Shown in pieces: positions 63,213-64,000 of a DNA stretch of 64,000 nucleotides. How positions within the stretch are numbered: the first letter of the stretch is position 1; every line of letters starts with the position of its first letter. Origin of the DNA: Steroidobacteraceae bacterium (GTDB lineage: Bacteria > Pseudomonadota > Gammaproteobacteria > Steroidobacterales > Steroidobacteraceae); the NCBI GenBank assembly GCA_041395525.1, contig JAWLAH010000009.1, forward strand, positions 18,347 through 82,346. Reading direction: 5' to 3'. Made by a program: the position numbers and the translations under genes. The notes under the pieces are model-generated. The model was given only the letters and a program-made list of their open reading frames with translations. It did not search any database and was not told the origin of the DNA.

Positions 63213-64000
63213 ATGAGAACGATTCGCAATTTGCGGGCGGCCGCAGTCATTACAGGCCTTTCCTTGACGCTACTAGGCTGCCAGGCGGGGGATAGTGCGC
63301 GTTCGGAGGCCAAGGCGCTCAAGCCGGTGGCCATCCCGGCGGGCGCACAGGTCAGCACGGCACCCAACGAACTGCCATCGTGGCTTATTCCCAACATGGA
63401 CGAGGCGGCGGAGGCGTACTACGGGCCGGACAGTGAGCACTTGATCGCCCAGGTCAAGAGCCCGCTGGCGGTCAAGAGCCCGCGTGGCATGTCCGGCTTT
63501 CTCACCAAGACCTTCACCGATGCCGGTACGGATATCGTGCTCGTGAACGACAAGGGCTGGGACGCCTGTTCGTACTTCTTCCCCGACGGCAAGCGGCTCG
63601 TCTGGACGTCGATCAAAGACAACATGAACATGCCGCTCGGTAACTGGTCGGACTGGCGCAACTATCCGCAGGGCGCCGAGTTGTACGTATCCGATCGTCA
63701 AGGCAAGAACGTCAAACGTCTGACTAACAATCAGTACTACGAGGCGGAGGTCACCGTCTCGCCGGATGGCAAGTGGATCGTGTTTGGTCGGATGATCGAC
63801 AAGAACATGGACCTGTGGATCATGAACTCCGACGGCACTAACGAGAAGCAGCTGACCTTCACGGCGGACGATCAGGAGGGAGCACCGTACTTTCTGCCCG
63901 ATAGCGAGACGATCATCTTCCGCGCTTGGAAAGCGTCCGAATACGATCAGAAGCCCACGCCGATGACCATCTATACGATGAAGCGCGATGGCTCGGACCG
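63213..64000 (+). CDS. Lipoprotein with TolB-like/PD40 beta-propeller repeats (3' end outside window)
   Basis: Translated by hand because it is not in the ORF track (no stop within the window). Lipobox LTLLGC. Repeats FFPDGKRLVWTS, VSPDGKWIVFG, YFLPDSETIIF. Confidence 0.7.
   Translation, partial: MRTIRNLRAAAVITGLSLTLLGCQAGDSARSEAKALKPVAIPAGAQVSTAPNELPSWLIPNMDEAAEAYYGPDSEHLIAQVKSPLAVKSPRGMSGFLTKTFTDAGTDIVLVNDKGWDACSYFFPDGKRLVWTSIKDNMNMPLGNWSDWRNYPQGAELYVSDRQGKNVKRLTNNQYYEAEVTVSPDGKWIVFGRMIDKNMDLWIMNSDGTNEKQLTFTADDQEGAPYFLPDSETIIFRAWKASEYDQKPTPMTIYTMKRDGSD

Overview
Gene-dense, high-GC (about 63-65% by eye) chromosomal segment that looks gammaproteobacterial. The waaA-tolC-rhodanese-pcm order and tkt-gap-pgk-pyk block suggest a Xanthomonadales/Nevskiales-like organism, but that is inference only. 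I saw no rRNA, tRNA, CRISPR array, transposase, integrase or phage genes. Most of the window is housekeeping: LPS, ubiquinone, fatty-acid, NAD, glycolysis/pentose-phosphate and the methyl cycle.

Five modules stand out:
1. A bufferin-type RiPP operon (DUF2282 precursor, DUF692/MNIO enzyme, DUF2063 partner) at 5.9-7.9 kb.
2. Directly downstream, a two-component porin-cytochrome module: a periplasmic decahaem, an MtrB/PioB-like outer-membrane barrel and a dihaem c4-like cytochrome (8.1-12.6 kb). This is the best candidate for a non-canonical system.
3. An FNR-type regulator with three TTGAC-N4-(A/G)TCAA boxes bracketing the O2-independent ubiquinone genes ubiU/ubiV/ubiT and ubiD, followed by fabAB and nadAB.
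4. A PPi-energy pair: PPi-dependent phosphofructokinase plus an H+-pyrophosphatase.
5. An operon of a TonB-dependent receptor, a ChaN-like PDZ protein and an M1+M28+PDZ peptidase fusion.

An SAH riboswitch precedes ahcY. At least six frameshifts (tolC x3, adk x2, TonB-dependent receptor x1) are present. The adk and receptor sites sit in short G runs and one tolC site is plausibly in a G run; the other two tolC sites are unresolved. Because adk is essential, I read them as assembly or sequencing errors rather than true pseudogenes.

All family assignments come from reading motifs in the translations. No database search was possible, and start codons are approximate.
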